A stretch of DNA of 64,000 bases from Psammoneis japonica. Lineage: Eukaryota. The notes under the pieces were generated by a model. That model had not been told where the DNA came from. It saw only the letters and a program-made list of their open reading frames with translations, and ran no database searches. The position numbers and the translations under genes were made by a program. The stretch is taken from NCBI GenBank assembly GCA_008632985.1, contig QPGO01000205.1, forward strand, positions 1 to 64,000, read 5' to 3'. Below are positions 42,285-53,500 of the stretch, one piece after another (position 1 is the stretch's first letter; every line of letters starts with the position of its first letter).

Positions 42285-45200
42285 CTTCATCAGAGCCATG
42301 ACGAAAAAGACAGAACGAAATGGTTTCAAATGCAATCCGTCATGGACGATTGTTTGTTGTGTTGTTTGCATGGAACGTGCAGCTGTAGAAACGGTGCTGG
42401 ACTGCACGCGATGCATCAGAATTCGGACAGATGTGCACGAAGATGTGTCTCGTGTCACTTGTTGTGACATCCACAAAAACAGCTTGCAATGACAATGCTC
42501 GCAAAGACAGTCACTGTCCTCACACATGTGATGGGTGTGAGGGGACTGCGGTGTTGGGTGACATGCCCGAGCGTGTGCTCAACAATGTCAGTTGACATGA
42601 ACGACACAGGACTGATCACCCTGACGTCGGGTGGCCATGTGAACCCGTCATCACAACACAGAGAAAGTGTGGCCTCCATGACCATGCAGACTCACAGCCA
42701 TGTGTTCCCGGTGTGGGACCTTTGCACCCTTTCTTTATTGTGGGATGGCAGCAGCGGCAGCACCAGCAGCAGCACTTGCGGCATCAGCTGCGGCAGCTGA
42801 CGTTGACGCAGTTTTACAAGTTTGTGGTGTTGCTGACCAGAACGCAAGGGCGAGGTTGGTTTTCTGTGAAGGGTTCACGACTTTGGAAAACATCGCAGTG
42901 ATGGAGAGTGACCATGATGTGGAAGATGTGGCGCAAAGGGCATCTCATCGCATGGCGGCTGACGGACGTGTGACTCTCGGGACTGTCCAAATCAAGAACT
43001 TACAGGCATTGGTGTGGTGGTGCCAGGATTTGCTCAAACGGAATCAGGCATTGGTTGCGGCAAACTTTAATGTGGCAGCTGTGGCTGCAGCCCGAGATGG
43101 CAGACGTTGAAAAGGAGCGCACGGACTCGGACGCGTTGGTGAGCGGTCTTGTAAAGTTTGAGTCTGATGACTTTGATGTGTGCAAAGACGCTTTCTTGAA
43201 TCTCCTGGCACAGAAGTTTGGCATGTTGAAGGAGCCCCTTCGTCATGTTGCAAGGACGATGCCAGCTCCGGCTGCATTCACAGATGCTCAACAGCGGCGC
43301 ATGCGCCAGATGCCACTGAATGGTGCCGCATTTGATGAGGACAACCGCAACGTTTGTCGCATGTTGAAGGAATGCTTGGTCGCTGCAGCAGGTGGGCATG
43401 GATCGAACCGTGACACGACAGAAAATGGACGTGGAGCATTCAACGCATGGGTCGACCATTGCAACGGACAGGGCGAGTTGAGCAAGTGCATTCATCTGGC
43501 TATGGCCACTGTTGACACCTTGTTTTACAAGAAGGAAGGATCGCTCCCGTTTGAAAAGTTCAATGAGAAACTCACCAGTGCCTTTGCCACTTTGAACAAA
43601 TCACCGGATGACCGCAAATCTGAATGACAGAAAGTTGACATTCTTCTAAAAGGGATCAAAACAGATGACCCTCGTCTCATTGCAGCAACAGCTGTCATTG
43701 GCAGTCAGCACCCTCGTGACTTCGCGGGGGCATGTGCTCATTTCTCATCCGAAGTCTCTTGTTTGCATGCAGGTGCTCAGTTGGAAGCCCGGCGTCCTCG
43801 AAGCGCAAGATTTCTGAAATGAGCCGTGGTGGCGGTGGTGGCCGTGGCTTCTGTCGAGGTCATGGTCGCGGAGGAAGATTTGGACGTTGGGGTGGACGTG
43901 GACGTGGTGGTGGTCGCCAAGGTGGGGGTGGCAACTACACCACAATGATCAATGGAGTTGATGCATCCGATCCCACAAGAGCTCAGTCCTCAAGAATGGG
44001 AAAAGTTGCAGTTTGATGGAGGGATCAGCTGTGTTTTCCAAGCCCGCGAACGAATGGGACATGGACACGGTGGAGGCCGTGGGCCTCCCGCAGGTCGACA
44101 AGGACGTGATGGGGGCGGCAGGCATGCAGCCGAAACCCAAGTTTGTCAAGATGGCCAAGGCCAAACCCAACAACAGGATCAGGAGCAAAGAGCAGTGGGC
44201 GTGGTTGCGGCACTGACCATGATCGCGGTGGACGAAATGGATGCGCCTTTGGTCGGGGAGCCTGTGATGGTTCCACCTGACTTCTTGGGGTGGCAACAGC
44301 TGCTGGAGCATTGGCGCATTTGGCACACTTGTCGTTTTTGCTTGTGTTGCTCTTCTTGCTGTTGACCAAACCCCACCCAACATCTCGTTTCAAAGAAAAG
44401 GCGACAAAGAGGCGCATTGCTGTGACATCAAAACGTGTGATCCGATCAACGAGTTCCGCACAGATGACAAATTTGACGACACCCGGGTTCATTGCTCGAA
44501 ATGAATGTGATGCTCACGCGGACACTTGTTGCGCTGGAGCGAACTGGAAGCTATGGAGATGACAAATGAAGTGTGCAAAGTGCATCCATTTTTGGACTCT
44601 TGTGAGCCGATCAAACAGATTCCTGTGGCACGTTGTTGCACGGCATGGACAGATCCAGAAACGACTCGTGAATGTTTGCTGGTTGGTGACCAAATGCTCT
44701 GGTTTGGAACCAACATGGAACATTCGCTTTTGAACCCTAACCAACTTCGTGCAACAACACACCCGTACACGACAACCCTTGCGACACTCGAAACGGATTT
44801 GGCATTGAAGCTGATGAAGCTTTCATCCCTTTCAACACCACGGGGACAATTGTGTCTTTCAAGTCTCGTGTTCCGAACGGATTGGGAAGTGCAGAACTTG
44901 CCGGTTGTGCCATTGACAGGTGACGCATGGGATCCAGCACAGACAGATGTGGGCTTGCCGGAGCGCACTAGAGAGCAGGCGGAGATGCGTGCTGTTCGAT
45001 CATTGACCTCTGGCATGTGACAAGAACAGGTCTCGGAATTAAGGAGCGAGAAGGCGAAGTCCCAAGCAGCACGCTGGGGCGAGGTCGAAATGCAACTGTC
45101 ATCCATGTCCCCTGTCTGTCAACTTCAATCGTTTTGTGACCGGCTTGTCAGCTCAGTCAATGTGGCTTGCACGTGTCGTGACGATGTGGATGAAAAGCAG

Positions 45201-46420
45201 AGGGCAATCAAAGAGCTGCACAGCAAGGATCGGCACTCGAAAGTTGATGCTGAAGAGTTGGCTCGAAAATGGAGTGTCAGTTTAGAAACGGCAAAAGACA
45301 CCCTAAATGTGACCACTCAGTGCGGTGCACGAACGGCGACCCAGCCGATGTCACGAAGAGTGAGGGTGGATCACCTCGACTTGCATCAGAAGCGTCTGAA
45401 AGGAACATGGTTTGTGGACACTCTGATGTCAAAGGTGAAGTCCTTGCTTGGCAACACGTGTGCCAATGTTCATGCTCAGGGCAAATTCGTGAAGGTTGTG
45501 CCGATGACCGCAAGGTCGGAGGCAGGTTTGTCTCTCGTTGAATTCACAGACAACGAGGGTGCACCAGAATGTCTCATGTCGGATGGGGCAGGAGAGTTCA
45601 CTGGAAAGAGCACCGAGTTTGCAAGGCACGCACGACGCACGAGAATGCAGTTAAGAACATCGGAGCAGGGTCGGAAGAACCAGAATCAGGCGGCGGAACG
45701 CGAAATTGGTTTCTTGGCCAAGCATGGCGGCTGCAAATGACAAAGAAGAAGGTGCCAAGACGATCTGGGATTTGGTCTCGTTCATGAGTCGGATAGTGTT
45801 GCGCATGGCAAGAGGCAGAGACAGAGGACCGGACATGAAGAGGTCACCGGACAGACACCAGAAAGGCGAGCATTTGGACTTTGGTTTCTGGACATGTGTG
45901 GTGGTGGGACAGGCCCAACAAGCCGAGCCCTCGAAGGCTTGGACGGTGGCTTGGTGTCTCACACAAAGTTGGCTCCGATGTGTGCTGTTGGGTTGTCAAT
46001 GAAAGCGGCAAGATTGTCTCCAAAACATCTGTCGAGCACGTGACACAGGCTGACATGGTGCAACCAGACATTCGCGTTGAGATTGACAACTTTAATGAGC
46101 AGCTGGAAAAGCGATTGGATGACACTGACTTTGTCTCACAGGGCGATGAAGCAGCACCTGCATTCGTGTTGGACGATTTTGCAATTGACGGCAACCCTGG
46201 TGTTGAACATGAGGGCGGCGTCATGCCTGAGGACGAGGAACATGGCGACATGCTGCTGCCCGACGAACGACTGGACGATGATGACGAGCAGGCAATTGAT
46301 CAATGCCTGGGAATGGAACTCATGTTTGACATTGGAACCGACGGTGAATGACGCGGTGTTGTAACGAAACGTGCAAGAGGACAGGATGGGCATCCAATTG
46401 GGACTGGGCATCAAAACCCA

Positions 46421-48560
46421 TTGTTTGACACTGGCGAATGCGAAGTGGAACATGCCGACGGCACCACAGATGAGCACACAGCCAATGTAATTGCCAAGAA
46501 CATGTTCGCTCAGGTCGACAGCAAAGGCAACCAGCACTCCATCTTACACGAAATGCAGGACCACGAGAGGAGTGACGATGCAGTGTTGGTTGCTGACGGC
46601 ACCGTACGAACCACTGACGGGAAGGAGTTGAAGAAAATCACGACAAAAGGATGGAAACTGTTGGTCGGATGGAAGGATGGCAGCTCATCTTGGGTCAAAC
46701 TCAAAGATCTGAAGGACTCTAACCCAATTGAAGTTGCTGAGCATGCTGTTGTGAACAGGTTGACTGAGGAACCTGCCTTTGCTTGGTGGGTCACGCATGT
46801 CCTGCGCAAACGGAATCACATCATGTCCAAGGTTAAGAAGAAGTGCTGGCGCACGACTCACAAGTTTGGCACCCGATTGCCCAAGTCAACGGAGGACGCT
46901 TTGCAGACAGACCAGGAAATGGGGACAGACCGTTGGGCTCGTGCAATCAACAAGGAGATGACAAAAGCAAAGGTGGCATGGCGCGAGCATGAGGCTGAAA
47001 CCCCTCAAGTTGTCCAGGAAGGCAAGAGCACAACTTTGTGTGGTTGTCAGGAGATCAGGTGCCACATGGCATTTGACGTTAAAATGGATTTCACCAGAAA
47101 GGCAAGGTTTGTAGCTGGCGGCCACATGACAGAGGCTCCAGCATCAATCACTTGTTCTGGCATGGTTTCTAGAGACAGTGTGCGACTTGGATTCTTGCTG
47201 GCAGCTTTGAATGGAATCAACATTGCAGCGATTGATCTGGAGAATGCTCATCTCAACGCACCGTGCGCAGAGAAGATGTGGTTCGAAGGCGGAAAGGAAT
47301 GCGGCGAGCATGAAGGGAAGGTGCTTGTTGTCACTCGGGCATCACATGGCTTGAAGAGCTCGGGACACTCTTGGAGGTCCGCACTGTCATCGGTCCTACG
47401 TGACTCAGGCTTTGAATCGACGAGAGCGGATCCAGACGTTCACTTGCGTGTGGCGACTCGTGAAGATGGGCACGAGCATTGTGAAATGCTTTTGGTCTGT
47501 GTTGATGACACACTGATCATTTCCCATCAAGGGAAGTCCATTGTCACTGCAACGGGTGAACACTGTGCCATGAAGCCCGGCAGCAAAGGAGAGCCAGAGG
47601 TTCATCTTGGAGCTAACGTCGAGAAGGTTCAGACTCAAGATGGGTGCACAATCTGGGCGAGTTCACCGAGGTCACATGTCAAATCGGCAATTAAGACTGT
47701 GGAAGGTCTGTTGGATGAAGATGGCAATGGAGAGGTTCTGAAGAACAGCGCAAAGGATCCACTGCCCCCGAAGCACAAACCGGAGCTGGACGTGACAGAC
47801 GAGTTAGGCCCCGACTTGGTGGACAGGCACTTGCAGCTGACAGGGATTTGTCACTGGGCGATCGAGTTGGGTCCTGTCGACATCTTGCATGAGGTTTCAA
47901 TCCTGTCTCAATGTCAAGCTAATCCGAGGAAAGGACACCTTGAAGCATTGTGTCATGTGTTTGCGCATGTGAAGAAACACCAGAACGTTGGACGCATTGG
48001 ATTCGATCCGAAGGAACCGGTGGTTGATGAGTCTGTTTTCAATTCGAACGCGGACTGGACCGAGTTTTACGGGGACGTTGAGGAGGAACTGCCACCACGG
48101 GCACCAAAGCCTTGTGGCAACCCAGCAAACATCCATGCATTTGTTGACGCTAACCATGCAGGGAACGTCGTTGCTCGCAGGTCGCACAGTGGAGTTCTGA
48201 TGTTTGTCAATGACGCGCCAGTGACATGGTTCAGCAAGCGGCAGAACACGGTGGAATCGGCAACGTTTGGAAGTGAATTGGTTGCGATGCAGATTTGCAA
48301 GGAGTTGATTGTTGCTTTGCGTTGCAAGCTTCGTATGTTTGGAGTTCCTCTTGAAGGACCGGCAAGCATCTTTTGTGACAACCGCAGTGTTGTGAAGAAT
48401 GTGAGTGTGCCTGAGTCGGTTTTGCACAAGAAGCACAATGCCATCAACTGCCATGTTGTGTGAGAAGTGGTCGCAGCGGGAATCATTCATGTTGGCAAGG
48501 AGGACACGGAAACAAACTTGGCAGATCTGCTTGCGAAAATGGTTGCAGGAGAGCGACGAT
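46421..48560 (+). pseudogene. Copia pol RT-RNase H region, inactivated
   Basis: 680-aa ORF with RT and RNase H motifs and essentially no Tyr; stop at 48461 (probable CGA->TGA). Confidence 0.92.
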
Positions 48561-48752
48561 GGAAGCTTTGCTCCTGTGTCTTTTGGCAATGTCCCGACAC
48601 CAAGGCCAGACACCTGTGGCTTGCGCCCACGTGCCTCGGCCTCCCAAGCCAGCATGTCTGGTGGTTTAATTTGGGTTTTGTGGTTTACCTCTCTGTGAGA
48701 GGACGTTGCATGTTTGGATGAATCGGCACCGTCATTGCCGTTTCGCGGGGAC

Positions 48753-48944
48753 CGAGTGAATTTGGATGGAGAAGCAAGAGAGGACAATGTTGCGATGGGT
48801 GACTGGTTGACATATATGAATCGAGTGGTGTTCTAACAACACTCTCACAATCTAATCAGGTTTAGGTTCGCATTAACAGTGTTACGACTTTCCATTAGAC
48901 GTAAGGTGTCGTGCTTGTTCTTTCGTTACATTGAGATTTATTCG
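48753..48944 (+). repeat. 3' LTR
   Basis: Follows the PPT and is followed by the TSD atcc (48945-48948); distal part retains TA. Confidence 0.93.
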
Positions 48945-49086
48945 ATCCAATCAGTCACGAATGGAGAGCAAGCGCGAACTCGTAAACTCGAGTCGTGCGG
49001 ACGGATGAGGAGTCGTCGTTCATCGTCGTTGGTCGCGTTCACATAATGTTGGTTGACTGCTGTGAAGCACTGCACGGCAAATCAAC

Positions 49087-50469
49087 ATGGCCCAAGAAAC
49101 AGCAGCGTTTGAAAGCTTCATCGTTGAAGCACCACCAGTGGTGTATTGGAATTGCAATGTCTATTCCTTGGATTTTTCACCGGATGGTCAACTCCTTGCG
49201 ATTGGCTGCGGTGGCTGGTACGGGGAGGGTGGGATTGCACTCGTCGATTTGGCAACACGCGCACGAGCCAGTTGCCTCCGTTTTGTTACGGAAGCCTTTC
49301 AAAGAGACTACGGTTTCGAGGCTGGAGAAACAAGAATTCTACCTGGTGAGACGAATGGAGTACCATCCGACATTCCCGGCAGTTTGACAATCTCCGGTGT
49401 TATGTTTGATGCATCCGGAGAGTACATTGCAGCGTCTTCTTGGCGCTCTCGCCACAACGAAGGCCCAGCTTTTCTCTTTCGCGTGAGACCAGACAACTCA
49501 ATGCCGCTTGCTCTTGAGGTCTCGCAAGCGTTTCCTGTTGACCTTGAAAGTCGTCGTCGATTCATAAGTCGAACAACCAATGGCATTTTTATTTCGAATC
49601 ATGGTTTGATTGCAAGGGCCCTTGTCCACGACGCAAATGATTCGCGCAGTGTATTCAAGGTACATTCTCTGCAGACGACATTGACCGCACCGGCTCATAG
49701 CTATCAGTCTCACTCAAGATTTGCCGTGGTCGACAATGAATTCGTTACTGGTTTCATGGACGGTCTGGTTTCGCTGGACTGCCAAACTGGAGTGCATTCG
49801 TGCTATGGCGTACGAACTGGAAACGATGATTCTTCGAGAAGCGCGGTATCGGCAATAACGACGCTCCCTGGAAGAGAGGCAGAAATCTTGACGGGTCATG
49901 ATGATGGAACGATTCAAATATGGAAGCGGACACCATACATGACTTGGATCCGTCTACAAGAAGTTTATTCTCCAACAAGACGAGACGATGGTCATAATAT
50001 TGTGGCTCTATGTGCGCTCGATGACGGACGATTTTTCTCGGCTACTGCCTCTGGAGAGATTTTGGAATGGCAATACCATCAAAATTCATGTAGCGACACA
50101 GCCTTGTCGGCGAGGATCTTGAAACCTCGTTCACTATCACGTGACGGAACCGTCCGATCTCTTGCTGTGCATCCTTCCACACCATCCCAGAACGGAAGAC
50201 GCGTGGGCCTTCTGGCCGTAGGTGTCAAGTCAACGGATAGAAGCAGGCGCGGCTTTGTTGAATGCTTTGAAATTGAAATGGGATGGCACATCTTTGGTCA
50301 TTTTATCTTGCTGCGGGAACTTGTCAGACAAGGTCGAGCAATTGCAGCAAAAACAGATGGCACACATGACGGTAGAACGATGGAGGCATTAGCAACAAGG
50401 GTCCTTTGCCACCTCATGTCACCCGATTTTGACGACGATCTCTTTCGTAAGATACTCTCATTCTTGTGA
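49087..50469 (+). CDS. WD40/beta-propeller-like protein
   Basis: 460-aa ORF with VYSLDFSPDGQLLAIG, ILTGHDDGTIQIW and FFSATASGEILEW; normal composition. Confidence 0.75.
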   Translation: MAQETAAFESFIVEAPPVVYWNCNVYSLDFSPDGQLLAIGCGGWYGEGGIALVDLATRARASCLRFVTEAFQRDYGFEAGETRILPGETNGVPSDIPGSLTISGVMFDASGEYIAASSWRSRHNEGPAFLFRVRPDNSMPLALEVSQAFPVDLESRRRFISRTTNGIFISNHGLIARALVHDANDSRSVFKVHSLQTTLTAPAHSYQSHSRFAVVDNEFVTGFMDGLVSLDCQTGVHSCYGVRTGNDDSSRSAVSAITTLPGREAEILTGHDDGTIQIWKRTPYMTWIRLQEVYSPTRRDDGHNIVALCALDDGRFFSATASGEILEWQYHQNSCSDTALSARILKPRSLSRDGTVRSLAVHPSTPSQNGRRVGLLAVGVKSTDRSRRGFVECFEIEMGWHIFGHFILLRELVRQGRAIAAKTDGTHDGRTMEALATRVLCHLMSPDFDDDLFRKILSFL

Positions 50470-50599
50470 CACGAATGCTGCGAATAGGAAGGTAAAATGT
50501 GTAAAACTATTCGTGCTATCCGTTTTGATAGTCACGCTCTAGGTCCATTCATAGTCAATGAGAGACTTCAAACTACTACTCTAAGTGCGAGCCGTAAAG

Positions 50600-53500
50600 A
50601 CCTGAACGATCACAGCAGTTCTGTGCCGCAGTTGGCACGCCCGCTGTGCAGCAGCAGGCTGTCCTCCTCCTTTGCGTTTGTGCCCTCCGTCCAATCTTCT
50701 GGTTGCGCTGAAGAACTTTGGGACAGCAGTTGCCAGGAGAGCAAAGCTGGGTTCGCTGTGCTGTGCCAAAGCAGGGGGGGGGGGCACACTTGCAAGGTGG
50801 GGGGCAAGCTTCCTCCAGAGAGTTTCTTCTTCTGTTGTTGTTGTTCCAAGTGCCTCCATGGTGATTTTCTCCTGGTGGGTGGTGGGTCTCAATGGTCTCG
50901 TTTCGTGGCTCTCATTGTTTGTTATTTTGGGCCACACAACAATCTCTGATCAAAGTTGGGGGCTTTTGCCCCAGTGGCTCAATGGCCTGCCTTGGCTCTT
51001 TGTGGTGGCTTGCACTTTTCTGCACCAGATGGTGCTGAGTTCACCTGCATGCTTTCAAATCCAGGCTTGATGCAGAATCTCCCAACCCACCATGGCACCT
51101 TTTTCCATCAATGACATTGATCTGTTCCCACCACAGTGTCACCATGGCTGACAATGTGCGCTTGAAAAAATGAAAGTGCCAAGAACAGAGTGGGCTTTTC
51201 TGGGCTTGAAGCAGTCAGGAAGTGCAAACAGGAAGTTGTTGGCAGCAACACGCCATGTGCGTTGGCACAAAAATCACACATGCAGAAAATTCATAAAGAA
51301 AAATGTTGAAATGCAGGGTTCAAGCCAATTTTTTTCTTTCCCGTGCTCCTCCTCTTGGTGACAAAGCCTCAAGGAATTTTCTCTAAAAAAAAATTGGCAC
51401 TTTGCATTGTTGCTTTTATGTGAGCAACATGATTTGGCACATCTCATGTCCAAAGGTCTGTTTTCAAAGTTTCGTTGACACTTCCGCAGTGATGCCACAG
51501 CATGATGAAAAATTTTCAAACATGGAGTTAAGGTGTGCGCAAAGGACATTGTTGTGTTTGTCATCAAAAAGCAAGCTCACAAAGTGTCAACTGCTGTGAC
51601 CCAAATTGACTCCTTGAGGTCATGGCTCATCATTTGCAAAGCATGTGAAAAGCACAATGAATTGATTTTCTGCACATGAGTTTGCACCAGAAATTGGCCC
51701 AAACCAAAAATTTCAAGCTTGTGTCCCCTGCACATGGCTTGTGGGTGTGGGAGAAAAATGGTTGAACAATTCAGTTGTCAAATGCAAAGTTCCCCCCAAG
51801 CATGAATTCCTCAGAGATGCAGATCAGGTGTTGAACAAAAAGACAGGGCTGGTGTCATCACACATCACACACCTCTGAGCAATCCAGTGTGGGTGGGCAC
51901 AAAGTTGCCAGCTTCTTGCTGCTCACAAAAAATGCTGCTCTTTTGCTGCCACAGTGCAGTGCACCTGAAACCACATGACCAGCAGCAACCATGAGGCCAA
52001 GGCTTGAGATGTCACAGCAGCCACAAACACACAGCCGCTCAGTCTGTGCCTTTTGCTGCTTCATGATGCAAGTGGAGATAAACAAGTTGTCTTTGCTGCA
52101 CACTTTCATCCCCTTGCCTTTCTTTTTTTCTCCTCATGACAAGCCACTTTTGTGCTGCTGCCACAAAGCTAAAAGATTTTTTTCTTGGAGAAGAGTTGGC
52201 TGGCTGGGTGTCTTGTGTGGAGCAGTTTTTGAGAAAACAGGAGAAGCACCAGCAGCTCCAAATCCCTGAGCTGGAAAGTGCACAATGAGGGAGAGTTGTG
52301 GAACAAGCCAAGTCTTTTTGCTGTCTGCCAAGAAAGCTCCCCCACACCCCAGCACAACTTTTGCAAAAACCCTGCTGGCACTCCCCCTGCATCAAGAATG
52401 GCTGCAGCACATCTAAAAATGGCTGCAGGCTTGCCGAGGGAGTGCAGAAGTCCATTTCCCATGGAACAGAGCACACTGAGCCCATGTGGACTGACGGATC
52501 TTCTTGTTCATCCGATGGACACACAGTTGTCAGCCATGGGGCTGCATCACCTTTTTTGCTTGCTCTGATGTTGGCTGGGACACACGTCACCAAAAAGACA
52601 GCAGGCCACTCAAGTGGCTCCACTCATTTTGAAGGCAATGCTGAGTTCTCCAAACCAAGTGCCGCTGTCTTGGCCACAATTTATTGTGCAGGATGCAGTG
52701 CAAACTCCATGTGCATGTCTCTGTTTTTCTGGAAGGCTTGCTCAATGATCTTGAGGTCATAAATTTTGAGCATTTTTGTTGCCACTTTTCTGCTGATTGT
52801 CACAAGTGCATTGTGCACCAACCTTTGACATGCTTGCATGATCAACCAGCTCTTGCATCACTCCTCCATTGATGCAAAGCCACCAACATCAACAGTGTCA
52901 CAGCACAGGCAGGATTTGAGGCTGCAGCATCAGCAAAACAATGCTGGCCTCCTTTGGGCACCACACACTGAGAGTCATTTTGATGTGATGCACCCAGCTT
53001 CTTTTTGCATGTGTGTGGCTGTGTGCGACAGCCAAGTGGTGTGTGGCTGTGCACTGACACTGCTGACATGCTGGAGTTTGACACTTGTTTCAGACTGGCT
53101 TTGAGAGTTTTGATGTTCCACTCAGCTTCTTTTTGCATTTGTGGCTCTGTGCCACAGCCAATTGGTGTGCAGCCATGCACTGATGCTGCTGACATGCTGG
53201 AGTTTGGCAATTGTTTCAGACCAACTTTGATGTGGGCAAAAGCAGCAGCAGCCAGCACTGAGGGAAGACACTTGCGTGCAAGTTGCTCAAGGTGAGGAGA
53301 TCCATCAAAATCAGTCCCCGGCAAAGATGCCACCTTGTTTGCCTTCTTGCTTGCTCTCCCACAACACATGGAAGCACAGCAAACCAAGAGACCTCCTGAG
53401 CAGGTGGCCAAACTTGCAACCACTCCATGAAAAGCAACTGGCACTGCTTGGCAAAGCTCTCAAGAATTTTTCAATGCTCGAGGATGTGCAAGTGGCCCCA

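Larger units (their letters stand above)
42093..48944 (+). mobile_element. Full-length, hypermutated Ty1/Copia (diatom CoDi-like) LTR retrotransposon, 4-bp TSD ATCC
   Basis: 192-bp LTRs at offset 6660; PBS-like ttcatcagagc; PPT-like ttcgcggggac. Domain order gag (from 42745), RGG region, protease (ECDAHADTCCAGAN), integrase (FVDTL, SDGAGEF, NQAAERE), RT (KARFVAGG, CVDD), RNase H (FVDANHAG, FCDN). Confidence 0.95.

Noticed and set aside
42093..48944. Classical RIP or 5mC deamination as the sole explanation
   Set aside because: C->T changes cannot remove TA or turn Tyr into His/Cys, and CpG is largely retained in this element.
42093..48944. ADAR-type editing of the retroelement RNA
   Set aside because: Both A->G and T->C occur on the same strand, the two LTRs differ, and flanking non-element DNA is also TA-free.
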